The notes beneath the pieces were generated by a model. The model worked only from the letters and a program-made list of their open reading frames with translations, was not told the origin of the DNA and made no database searches. DNA of 64,000 nucleotides, taken from assembly GCA_963707915.1 (NCBI GenBank), contig OY970178.1, forward strand, positions 1,184,001 to 1,248,000, written 5' to 3'. Shown one piece after another: positions 1 through 7,569 of this stretch. The first letter of the stretch is position 1. Each line of letters begins with the position of its first letter. The DNA comes from Candidatus Eiseniibacteriota bacterium (lineage in GTDB: Bacteria; Eisenbacteria; RBG-16-71-46). A program made the translations under genes and the position numbers.

Positions 1-2
1 TT

Positions 3-617
3 GAGCTCCACGAACGGGCCATCGGCGCGCGCGCTGTGCGCATGGAGGTAGCGCGCCAGCAACCCCTTGCCCGAGCCGGTCTCGCCGCGGACCAGGATGG
101 TCGCGGTGCCGCTCTTGCCCGCCTTCTCGAGGCGCTTGAGCGCGAGGCGCAGGCCCGGGCTCTCCCCGATGATGGGCGGGCACTTCTCCAGCCGGGCGCT
201 CGCGACCTCGCGGCGCAGACGCCCGCGCTCGAGCGCGCGCTTCAGCACGATGCCGAGGTGCTCGAGGTTCGGGGGCTTGAGCATGAAGTCGAAGGCCCCC
301 AGCCGGGTGGCCTCGACCGCGTGCTCGATGGTGCCGTGCCCGGTGAGCATGAGGACCGGCAGGTCCGGCTCCTCGGCGCGCAGGCGCCGGAGCACGTCGA
401 GCCCGTCCTCGGCCCCCAGCCTCAGGTCGAGGATGACCGCGTCGACCGACCGGTCGCGCACGTGATCGATCGCCGTCCCGCCGTCCTCGGCCTCGAGGGG
501 GTGGTAGCCGGCATCGCGCGCCCACTCGCCGATGCTGAAGCGCAGCGAGCGCTCGTCGTCAACGATGAGCAGCGTCTGAGGGGCCTGCGTCCGCGGCGCT
601 GCTTCGTCTTTCGCCAT
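3..617 (-). CDS. Sigma-54-dependent response regulator, NtrC family (REC plus start of AAA+); 3' end runs off the window
   Basis: Manual translation from ATG 617: LLIVDDE receiver start, VILDLRL phospho-Asp, LTGHGTIEHAVEA..GAFDFMLKP, then IIGES and Walker A RGETGSGKGLLAR..GPFVELN. Confidence 0.92.
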   Translation of the reverse strand, partial: MAKDEAAPRTQAPQTLLIVDDERSLRFSIGEWARDAGYHPLEAEDGGTAIDHVRDRSVDAVILDLRLGAEDGLDVLRRLRAEEPDLPVLMLTGHGTIEHAVEATRLGAFDFMLKPPNLEHLGIVLKRALERGRLRREVASARLEKCPPIIGESPGLRLALKRLEKAGKSGTATILVRGETGSGKGLLARYLHAHSARADGPFVEL

Positions 618-1791
618 GTCGCTTCTCCACGTGGAAATCCAGGAGCACGGTGGTGCCGCCGCCCTCGCGGCTCGCGACCTCGATCGCGCCGCCGTGCTCC
701 TGCATGATGGTCTGGCAGATGGACAGCCCCAGCCCGCTGCCCTTCGGTTTGGTCGAGAAGAACGGGTCGAAGAGCTTGTCGAGCGCGCCCCGCGGGATCC
801 CCGCGCCGCTATCGGTCACGCGGATCTGCTGGATGGCGATCCACTCCCCCGGCGCGGTGCCGTGCGCCGAGCGGAGCGCGCCGGCCCGGCGTTCCGGACC
901 GTCCCCGGCCCGGCGTCCGGGACCACGCGGGGCCCGGCGGCGGCGGGTCATGCGGACCTCGTAGCGCAGCGTGCCGCCCTGCGGCATGGCCTGCACCGCG
1001 TTCAGCGTCACGTTGAGGACGACCTGCGTCACCAGGTCGGCATCGATCCAGACCGGCCGGAGCCCGGGCTTCGCCTCGACCTCGACGCGCACGCCGGACC
1101 GGGCGAACGAGTCGGCCGAGAGCTCGACGACGCGCCGCACGCAGTCCTCGAGCCGGCCGGGCCTCAGCTCGGGGGTCCGCGGGCGCGCGTACTGCAGCAG
1201 GTTCGTGACCAGCCGGTCGAGCCGCGCCACCTCTTCGAGGATGACGCTCACGAAGCGCGCCCGCGGGTCGCGGGGCTCGAAGCGCCCCAGCAGCACCTGC
1301 GCGCTGACGCCGATGCCGGCCAGCGGGTTGCGGATCTCGTGCGCCACTCCCGCCGAGAGCTGGCCGATGGTCGCGAGGCGCTCGTTGCGCCGCAGCTCCT
1401 GCTGCATCCGGCGTGGCTGCGTGAGATCGCGCAGCACGAGCAGGACGCGCGCCGGGCGGCCGAAGCGGAAGCCCCGCAGGAGCACCGGCACCTCGCCCCC
1501 ACCGCGCGGGGCGAGCATGATCTCGCGCTGGGTCGTCTCGGCGCCGAAGGTCTCGGCGACCGGGTCGTCGCCGGGCACGACGGTGCGTACCAGCCCGGAG
1601 GCGGCGCGCCCGCGGACCACGGTCCCCCGCAGTCCGAGCAGGCGCAGGGCCGCCGGGTTCGCGGCCGTCACGCGGCCCCGCGGGTCGAGCAGCAGGACCC
1701 CGTGCTCGACATCGGCCATGAGCAATCGGCCGGCAGCCTCCACGGGTGCCGTTCCCTCAGCGCGTGCGCGGACCGTGCGCTTCACCGGCAT
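559..1791 (-). CDS. PAS-domain sensor histidine kinase
   Basis: PAS-like N-terminus, H-box AHEIRNPL, N-box LNAVQAM, G-boxes DSGAGI, FFSTK, GSGLGL; overlaps the downstream regulator; start could be ATG 1720. Confidence 0.9.
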   Translation of the reverse strand: MPVKRTVRARAEGTAPVEAAGRLLMADVEHGVLLLDPRGRVTAANPAALRLLGLRGTVVRGRAASGLVRTVVPGDDPVAETFGAETTQREIMLAPRGGGEVPVLLRGFRFGRPARVLLVLRDLTQPRRMQQELRRNERLATIGQLSAGVAHEIRNPLAGIGVSAQVLLGRFEPRDPRARFVSVILEEVARLDRLVTNLLQYARPRTPELRPGRLEDCVRRVVELSADSFARSGVRVEVEAKPGLRPVWIDADLVTQVVLNVTLNAVQAMPQGGTLRYEVRMTRRRRAPRGPGRRAGDGPERRAGALRSAHGTAPGEWIAIQQIRVTDSGAGIPRGALDKLFDPFFSTKPKGSGLGLSICQTIMQEHGGAIEVASREGGGTTVLLDFHVEKRHGERRSSAADAGPSDAAHR

Positions 1792-1832
1792 GGACGCTCC
1801 ATCGTGCGCGCAGTATCGCAGAGGAGGACCGC

Positions 1833-1862
1833 AAACCAAAAGCCCGCCGGGGCGGCGGGCTT
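1833..1862 (-). terminator. Intrinsic terminator after csrA-flgM
   Basis: Perfect stem AAGCCCGCCG/CGGCGGGCTT (1840-1862) followed on the minus strand by a T-rich tract. Confidence 0.75.
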
Positions 1863-2118
1863 ATCGGTCCGTCAACTCCTCCAGGATCGCGTCCAGCAGC
1901 TTCTCACGCACGTCCGCGCGGTCGTAGAAGCCGGCGGCGATGCGCGCGCGCGCGGCCTCGACCCGGGACCTGCGCACGTCCGCCTCGCCACGTGAGCGCT
2001 CGGTGCCCGCGGGGGGCACCAGTCGGATGCGCGCGCGGCGCAGGGAATCCCGATCGAGGACTCCCGTGCCGCCTGCGTCGGCGAAGCCGGTCGCGGACGC
2101 CTCGTCGGCGGCCGTCAT
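1861..2118 (-). CDS. flgM: FlgM-like anti-sigma-28 factor
   Basis: About 85 aa; C-terminal DVRRSRVEAARARIAAGFY..V.EKLL matches the FlgM C-terminal pattern; directly downstream of csrA. Confidence 0.65.
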   Translation of the reverse strand: MTAADEASATGFADAGGTGVLDRDSLRRARIRLVPPAGTERSRGEADVRRSRVEAARARIAAGFYDRADVREKLLDAILEELTDR

Positions 2119-2131
2119 GCCGGCACGGGGG

Positions 2132-2380
2132 TCAGCGGGAGCCGCCCGCCTTGCCCGGATCGCCCCTGGTACCCGGCGGTCCCGGCTCGCCCGGCTTTCC
2201 CTGCTGCGCGCGACGGGTTTCCTCCTGGATGCGGGCATAGATCTCTTCGCGGTGGACCTTCACCTCGGGCGGCGCCTCGATGCCGAGCTTCACCTGGCCC
2301 GAGCGCACTTCCAGCACGGTGATCTTGACCGAGTCCCCGATCCGGATGTTTTCGCCTAACTTCCTTGTTAGGACCAGCAT
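2132..2380 (-). CDS. csrA: Carbon storage regulator CsrA
   Basis: [48 protein letters not shown] is the CsrA signature; GGAGG RBS. Confidence 0.97.
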   Translation of the reverse strand: MLVLTRKLGENIRIGDSVKITVLEVRSGQVKLGIEAPPEVKVHREEIYARIQEETRRAQQGKPGEPGPPGTRGDPGKAGGSR

Positions 2381-2435
2381 CTTGGAACTACCTCCGCATC
2401 TTTACGGGGCAGCCGTCACTCCTGCATCATGGAAC

Positions 2436-2463
2436 GTATCGGCTTGGGCCGCGCATGACTTGA
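2436..2463 (-). promoter_or_regulatory. Sigma-28-type promoter for csrA-flgM
   Basis: Minus strand TCAA-N16-GCCGATAC. Confidence 0.7.
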
Positions 2464-2467
2464 CGCG

Positions 2468-2496
2468 AGAATAGACGGAATCGTCCGGGCATTCAA
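2468..2496 (-). promoter_or_regulatory. Sigma-70-type promoter for csrA-flgM
   Basis: Minus strand TTGAAT-N17-TATTCT. Confidence 0.6.
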
Positions 2497-2760
2497 AACC
2501 TGCGTCACCCGGGCCGGCGGGGTAGCGCGGCCCGGACCGGTCCTTCCACCCACCGGCCGACGAGCCCCGGGCCGGTCCACCACGGGCACCGGCGCGCACC
2601 GGATCCCCATCGTCATTTCCATGCACGCCATGCGATTACAGGCCTGAGCCAAGACGGTACTCGAACTCCGGCAGAGGCGGGCATGCGGCCGGCCATCACG
2701 CCCCGTAACGGCGGCTGGCGGGGCCGATGGTGCGCGGGACGCGGGTGCGTCCCGAAAGGC

Positions 2761-3237
2761 TCAGTCGCCCCAGCGCCCCGGGACGCCGAAGCCGGGATAG
2801 TAGCCGGGGTACTGGTACTGCAGCGGCGAGCGCAGGTCCTGGTATTGGATCTGGAACTGCATCGAGCGGCTCGGCTGGTAGGCGAGGCTGAAGCCCTGCA
2901 GGTAGAACGACTGACCGTTGCGCGGGGTGTTGGCTCCCCACGCGTTGCCCAGGCTCACGCTCATCGCGACCGGGACCTTGAAGCTGTAGCTGAGCGTCGT
3001 CACCTGCAGCGCGCTCGTGCCGCGCGAGCCCCATCCCGACGAGCCCACGCTCACCATGGACGAGACGTGCAGTCGCGACGGATCGATCCAGTCGCGGGCC
3101 AGGCCGAAGGCGCTGACCGGGACGCGGGGGCTGAACAGCGGCGCGCCGCCGATCATGCCGGCGATCGAGTGGCCAGCGAGGCAGACGGCAAGGATCACGG
3201 ACACCAAGGCGGGCACGACGATCCGGCGCAGGTTCAT
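2761..3237 (-). CDS. Exported hypothetical protein
   Basis: Signal-peptide-like N-terminus MNLRRIVVPALVSVILAVCLAG; beta-strand-like alternating residues; own promoter. Confidence 0.7.
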   Translation of the reverse strand: MNLRRIVVPALVSVILAVCLAGHSIAGMIGGAPLFSPRVPVSAFGLARDWIDPSRLHVSSMVSVGSSGWGSRGTSALQVTTLSYSFKVPVAMSVSLGNAWGANTPRNGQSFYLQGFSLAYQPSRSMQFQIQYQDLRSPLQYQYPGYYPGFGVPGRWGD

Positions 3238-3244
3238 GGCTCGA

Positions 3245-3273
3245 ACGTTAAGAACCCGGCGGGCCGGTGTCAA
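3245..3273 (-). promoter_or_regulatory. Sigma-70 promoter, probably giving a leaderless mRNA
   Basis: TTGACA-N17-TAACGT, 7 nt before ATG 3237; no SD sequence. Confidence 0.7.
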
Positions 3274-3368
3274 CTGGATTGTGGCCACGGTGCGCCCCTC
3301 GACGACCTCGACCCGCGCGGTCTGGCCGCGCGGGTCCAGGTCCGGAGATCCGGAACGTCAAGCTCCTG

Positions 3369-4418
3369 TCAGGCTTCCACCTTGAGGACGATGCGCAGGA
3401 CGATCTCCTGCGCCGCGCCGCGCGGGATCGTGACCGGCACGACGAGCTCGGCGGGCCCGGCCTTCGGCGTCTCCGTCGCGACCGTCGCGACTACCGCAAG
3501 CGGCGCGACCGGCGCGACCGCGGGGGCCGCAGCGGACGCGACGACCGGCGCGGGGGCCGTCGCCTGGCGCGGAGCCGGCTGGGCCTCCGCGGCGGCCACG
3601 GTCTTCAGCCGCGGCGCGCTCTCACCGGGGAGCGTGATCTCGCGCCCGTACTCGAGACCCGCCACCACCGCGTCGTTCTCCCGCGCGATGGTCTCCTGCG
3701 CCTCCTGCGCGATGGACCACTGGGGCGCCAGCGGCGACGCTGCCTGCGTGCGCGAGGGATCCGCCTTCGCCGTCGGCTCCGCGCCACCCGGGACCGGGCG
3801 CGAGGCCGCGCTCGCGAACGGCGTGCGGCGCAGGTCCTTCGTCACCTTCTCCATGAGCAGGTGCGAGACGCCGCGGAAGGTCTCGAACACGCCCTTGCCG
3901 GTCGGGGCCACCGCCTCGAAGCTCGGCACCTTGCCCCCCGGGTTCAACTCGGCGTCGAGTTCCTCGACCGAGTAGACGTTGGGGAGATCGCGCTTGTTGT
4001 ACTGGATCACCCACGGGGTCTCGTCGAGGCTCAGTCCGTACTCGGCGAGGTTCGTCTTCAGGTTGAGGAGGCTCTCCTTGTTCTCCTCCATCTTGCCGAC
4101 CTCGCTGTCGGCGACGAAGACGATGGCGTCCGCTCCCTTGAGCACGAGCTTGCGGGTGGCGTTGTAGAACACCTGGCCCGGCACCGTGTAGAGCAGGAAG
4201 CGGGTCTTGAACCCCATGATCTCGCCCAGGTCGAGCGGCAGCAGGTCGAAGAAGAGCGTCCGGTCGGACTGCGTCTTCATGCTGACCATCTTGCCGCGGC
4301 TGGTATCGGGCACCGCCTCGTAGATGGCCTCGAGGTTCGTCGTCTTGCCGCTCAAGCCCGCACCGTAGTAGACGAGCTTCGCGTTGATCTCCTTGCCCGA
4401 GTAGCTCACGACAACCAC
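3369..4418 (-). CDS. mglA: MglA-family small GTPase with long C-terminal extension
   Basis: EINAKLVYYGAGLSGKTTNL, DRTLFFDLLPL, LYTVPGQVFY, QYNKRDLP, GKGVFET closely follow Myxococcus MglA; GTG start with AGGAGG RBS. Confidence 0.9.
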   Translation of the reverse strand: MVVVSYSGKEINAKLVYYGAGLSGKTTNLEAIYEAVPDTSRGKMVSMKTQSDRTLFFDLLPLDLGEIMGFKTRFLLYTVPGQVFYNATRKLVLKGADAIVFVADSEVGKMEENKESLLNLKTNLAEYGLSLDETPWVIQYNKRDLPNVYSVEELDAELNPGGKVPSFEAVAPTGKGVFETFRGVSHLLMEKVTKDLRRTPFASAASRPVPGGAEPTAKADPSRTQAASPLAPQWSIAQEAQETIARENDAVVAGLEYGREITLPGESAPRLKTVAAAEAQPAPRQATAPAPVVASAAAPAVAPVAPLAVVATVATETPKAGPAELVVPVTIPRGAAQEIVLRIVLKVEA

Positions 4419-4434
4419 GGCGCGTCCCTCCTGA

Positions 4435-4584
4435 TGCGACCCCACACTGTCACAAAGCCGGATCCCATGGAGCCCCTTGCCGCCCTTCTCCACGGAGACC
4501 TTGAGAGCGGACGATCCGTCCCTGTCGATCGCCGGGCGCGAAGGCCCGTGATCGGGACGGCCGGCACCGCCGCATGGGGTCGCA
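4435..4584 (-). ncRNA. Candidate structured 5' leader RNA of mglA
   Basis: 10-bp perfect inverted repeat 4435-4444/4575-4584 enclosing nested stems 4457-4461/4561-4565 and 4516-4522/4554-4560. Confidence 0.3.
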
Positions 4585-4692
4585 ACGCTGGTTGGGGGAG
4601 CTCCGCCCCGCCCGCCCGGGAGCCCTGCACGGATTCCCGATGCGGTCGGACAGGTGAAGTCACGATGCGGAGCGCCACCCTGTCAGGTGGGC

Positions 4693-4720
4693 TTATCGGC
4701 GCGGGGAGCGCGTTCCCTTA
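4693..4720 (-). promoter_or_regulatory. Sigma-28-type promoter upstream of mglA
   Basis: Minus strand TAAG-N16-GCCGATAA. Confidence 0.7.
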
Positions 4721-4847
4721 GCGAAAAGGCGGAGGAGCGCCAGGGGCCGCCGGGTCGGCGCGGACGGGCCCCGGCTGCGCCGGGAGGCGGGCGCGGGGGG
4801 CCTGCCCCGGCGCGGGGCGCAGCCCGCAGGGCGCGGGCGCCCGCCGG

Positions 4848-5270
4848 CTAGAGGCCGGATCCCGCCAGGGCGCTCTCCCGACGGAGGAAGACGCCGGGGC
4901 GCTCGCGCAGGTGGGGCTGCATGCGACAGTCGGCGCGCTCGTAGTGGCTCAGGAAGATGCGCTTGAGCTCCTCGCAGCGGTCGCTGGCGAAGTAGCGCCG
5001 GGCCCGGGTGAACATCTCGTCGCGCTCGGAGTACACGAAGGCCGTGACCTCCGTGACCCGCTCGTACTGCGACTCCCCGTACGCCGCGCCGGGGGAGTCC
5101 TCCATGTCGAGCCAGAGCGAGGCCCGCGGATTCAGGACCTCGAAGTTGTGCCGGCCGGTCATCAGGTGCTCCCACAGGCCGAAGATCTCGAGGGGCACGT
5201 ACCGCTCCGTGGCGGGCCCCGTGCCGCCGGCGCGCCGAATCTCGCAACGCATGATCTTCTGGCTGCCCAT
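4848..5270 (-). CDS. Hypothetical protein (about 140 aa)
   Basis: Globular-looking composition (RYVPLEIFGLWEHLM, YERVTEVTAFVY, LKRIFLSHY), GGAGG RBS and an upstream promoter. Confidence 0.75.
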   Translation of the reverse strand: MGSQKIMRCEIRRAGGTGPATERYVPLEIFGLWEHLMTGRHNFEVLNPRASLWLDMEDSPGAAYGESQYERVTEVTAFVYSERDEMFTRARRYFASDRCEELKRIFLSHYERADCRMQPHLRERPGVFLRRESALAGSGL

Positions 5271-5328
5271 GACGCCAACCCTCCCGCAGGACCGGGACGG
5301 ACCACCCATTGTCGGGACTTCGCGAGTC

Positions 5329-5357
5329 ATCGTATTCCTCCGGTCGAACCCGGTCAA
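5329..5357 (-). promoter_or_regulatory. Sigma-70 promoter
   Basis: TTGACC-N17-TACGAT. Confidence 0.7.
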
Positions 5358-5445
5358 CGGTCGAGGGGTCCGGGCCGCGCACAAGTCCATGCTCCGCCGC
5401 GCGCTGGGCGGTTCCCCGGTCCCGCCGAGAGTGCTGGACCGATAC

Positions 5446-5475
5446 TTGACATCGCTTCCGGGCCGAAAGTAGTTT
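5446..5475 (+). promoter_or_regulatory. Sigma-70 promoter for the acyltransferase operon
   Basis: TTGACA-N18-TAGTTT. Confidence 0.6.
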
Positions 5476-5530
5476 CGGACCGCTCGGCCGGCCTGTCGCG
5501 CGCCGCCGCGAGCAGGGAGTGGGGAACAGG

Positions 5531-6424
5531 ATGTCTCGACTCGTCTACGGCTGGCTTACCGCGCTCGTCGCGAGCATGCCCCTGTGGCTGGGCTATGCCC
5601 TCGCCGACCTCTTCACCGACATCCACTTCCGCTTCTTCCCCGCCCGCCGGCACGCCGCGCTGGCCAACCTGACCGCGGCCATGCCCCGCGCCTCGCGACG
5701 CGAGCGCCTGCAGGTCGTGCGCCGCATGATGTGCAGCTACAACCGCATGATGTTCGAGTTCTTCCGGCTGCCGCACCTGAGCCGGCAGGGCCTGCTGCAC
5801 TCGGTCCAGGTGGTCGGGCGCGAGCACCTCGAGCAGGCGGTCTCCCGCGGACGCGGGGTGATCCTGACCTCCACGCACATCGGCAACTGGGAGCTGGCCG
5901 CCGTGGTGCTCGCGCACTGGGGCTACACGATGCACGCGGTGGCCGGCGTGCAAATGGGCCGCTGGCTGGGGCCGGCGGTGCGCGAGACCAAGACGGAGCT
6001 CGCCATCCACACGGTCTCCCCCGAGGACGGCTTCCGCAAGCTGTTGCGCGCGCTCGAGCACAACGACCTGGTGGCACTGATGGTGGACGGCGACATCTAC
6101 AGCCACGGCGTGCCGGTCGAGTTCTTCGGGCGCGAAACCCACTTCCCCGCCGGCCCCGGAGTGCTCGCCCAGCGCACGGGGGCCCTCATCATCTGCGGCT
6201 ACTGCGAGCGCCTCGGCCCCGGGCGGTTCCGGATCGTCATGGAGCCGGCACTCGACCCCGCGCGCTTCCCTCACACCGCGGCGCTGAACGCCGAGGTGGC
6301 CGCCATCTCCGAGCGGCACATCCGGGAGCACCTCGAGCAGTGGTGCATCTTCCGGCCCATGTGGGAAGGCTCCCCCGCCACGCAGACCGAGGCGGCGGGG
6401 GCGGCGCGGAGCGTCGAGGCGTGA
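5531..6424 (+). CDS. Lysophospholipid acyltransferase family protein (LpxL/PatA-like)
   Basis: GRGVILTSTHIGNWE (HxxxxE), VALMVDGD, VEFFG, GPGVLA.RTGA, HLEQWCIFRPMW. Confidence 0.9.
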   Translation: MSRLVYGWLTALVASMPLWLGYALADLFTDIHFRFFPARRHAALANLTAAMPRASRRERLQVVRRMMCSYNRMMFEFFRLPHLSRQGLLHSVQVVGREHLEQAVSRGRGVILTSTHIGNWELAAVVLAHWGYTMHAVAGVQMGRWLGPAVRETKTELAIHTVSPEDGFRKLLRALEHNDLVALMVDGDIYSHGVPVEFFGRETHFPAGPGVLAQRTGALIICGYCERLGPGRFRIVMEPALDPARFPHTAALNAEVAAISERHIREHLEQWCIFRPMWEGSPATQTEAAGAARSVEA

Positions 6425-7563
6425 AGATCGGGATCGTCTCGCAGTCCTACTACCCCCGTTACGGCGGCGTCACCGAGCACGTCCACCACACCGCGGTCGA
6501 ACTCCGGCGGCGCGGGCACCAGGTCACCATCATCACCAGTCATTTCCGCCGCGGCGAGGCGCCCTCGGACCCCGAGGTCGAGCGCATCGGCTACAACCTG
6601 TTGATCCCCTTCAACGGGGCGTTCGTGGACCTGGCGGTGGGCATCCGCCTCCGCAGCCAGCTGCGCGGCCTGCTCAAGCGCCATGCCTTCGACGTCCTGC
6701 ACACCCACGCGCCGCTCGTGCCCACGCTCCCGCTGATCGCGATCGAGACCGCCGAGTGCCCCCAGGTCGGCACGTTCCACACCACCAGCGGGCCGAGCCG
6801 CCTGATCGCCGCCTTCCTCGGCCCGCTCGCCGCGCGGATGAAGCGCCTCGACGCCCGGATCGCGGTCTCCGAGACGGCCCGCGACTTCGCGGCGCAGTAC
6901 TTCCCCGGCGAGTACCACGTCATCCCCAACGGCGTGGACACCGACCGCTTCCACCCGTCGACCGAGCCGTTCCCCGAATGGCGTGACCCGGATCGCGTGA
7001 ACGTGCTGTTCGTCGGCCGCCTCGATCCCCGCAAGGGCGTGCAGGTGCTGCTGGACGCCATGCCCGAGGTGATCGCCCGCACGCGCGGGCGGGCGCGGTT
7101 GCTGGTCGTGGGCGACTCCTACCTGCGGGGGCGCTTCGAGGCCTCGGTCGCCCCCGCGGCACGGGCGCACGTTCACTTCCTGGGGCACGTGCCGAGCCGC
7201 GACCTGCCGCGCTGGTACGCGACCGGGGACATCTTCGTCTCCCCCGCGCTGGGCCACGAGAGCTTCGGCATCGTGCTGGCCGAGGCCATGGCCAGCGAGC
7301 GCGCGGTGGTGGCCTCCGACATCCCCGGCTATCGCAGCGTGGTCCAGCCCGGGGTGAACGGCGTGGTCTCGCCCCCCGGTGACGTGCCGGCGCTGGCGGA
7401 GACGATCACGGCCCTGGTCGAGGACCCGGAAGGGCGCGCTGCGCTGGCCGCGCGTGGCCGCGCGCGGGCGCTGGAGTTCGCCTGGCCGCGCGTCACCGAC
7501 CGCATCGAGGCGGTCTACCGCGACGTGCTCGCCCGGCGCGAAACGGTCCACGGCGCGGCGTAG
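6421..7563 (+). CDS. GT4 glycosyltransferase, PimA-like mannosyltransferase
   Basis: GTG start overlapping the upstream stop; GGVTEHV, VGTFHT, IPNGVD, FVGRLDPRKG, ESFGIVLAEAMA, SDIPGY. Confidence 0.88.
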   Translation: MKIGIVSQSYYPRYGGVTEHVHHTAVELRRRGHQVTIITSHFRRGEAPSDPEVERIGYNLLIPFNGAFVDLAVGIRLRSQLRGLLKRHAFDVLHTHAPLVPTLPLIAIETAECPQVGTFHTTSGPSRLIAAFLGPLAARMKRLDARIAVSETARDFAAQYFPGEYHVIPNGVDTDRFHPSTEPFPEWRDPDRVNVLFVGRLDPRKGVQVLLDAMPEVIARTRGRARLLVVGDSYLRGRFEASVAPAARAHVHFLGHVPSRDLPRWYATGDIFVSPALGHESFGIVLAEAMASERAVVASDIPGYRSVVQPGVNGVVSPPGDVPALAETITALVEDPEGRAALAARGRARALEFAWPRVTDRIEAVYRDVLARRETVHGAA

Positions 7564-7569
7564 GCGCCC

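Noticed and set aside
2620..2652. Possible sigma-54 promoter upstream of csrA
   Set aside because: TGGC is present but there is no GC at the required -12 position
4435..4584. 5S rRNA, SRP RNA or c-di-GMP riboswitch identity for the structured leader
   Set aside because: Conserved sequence motifs of these families are not present
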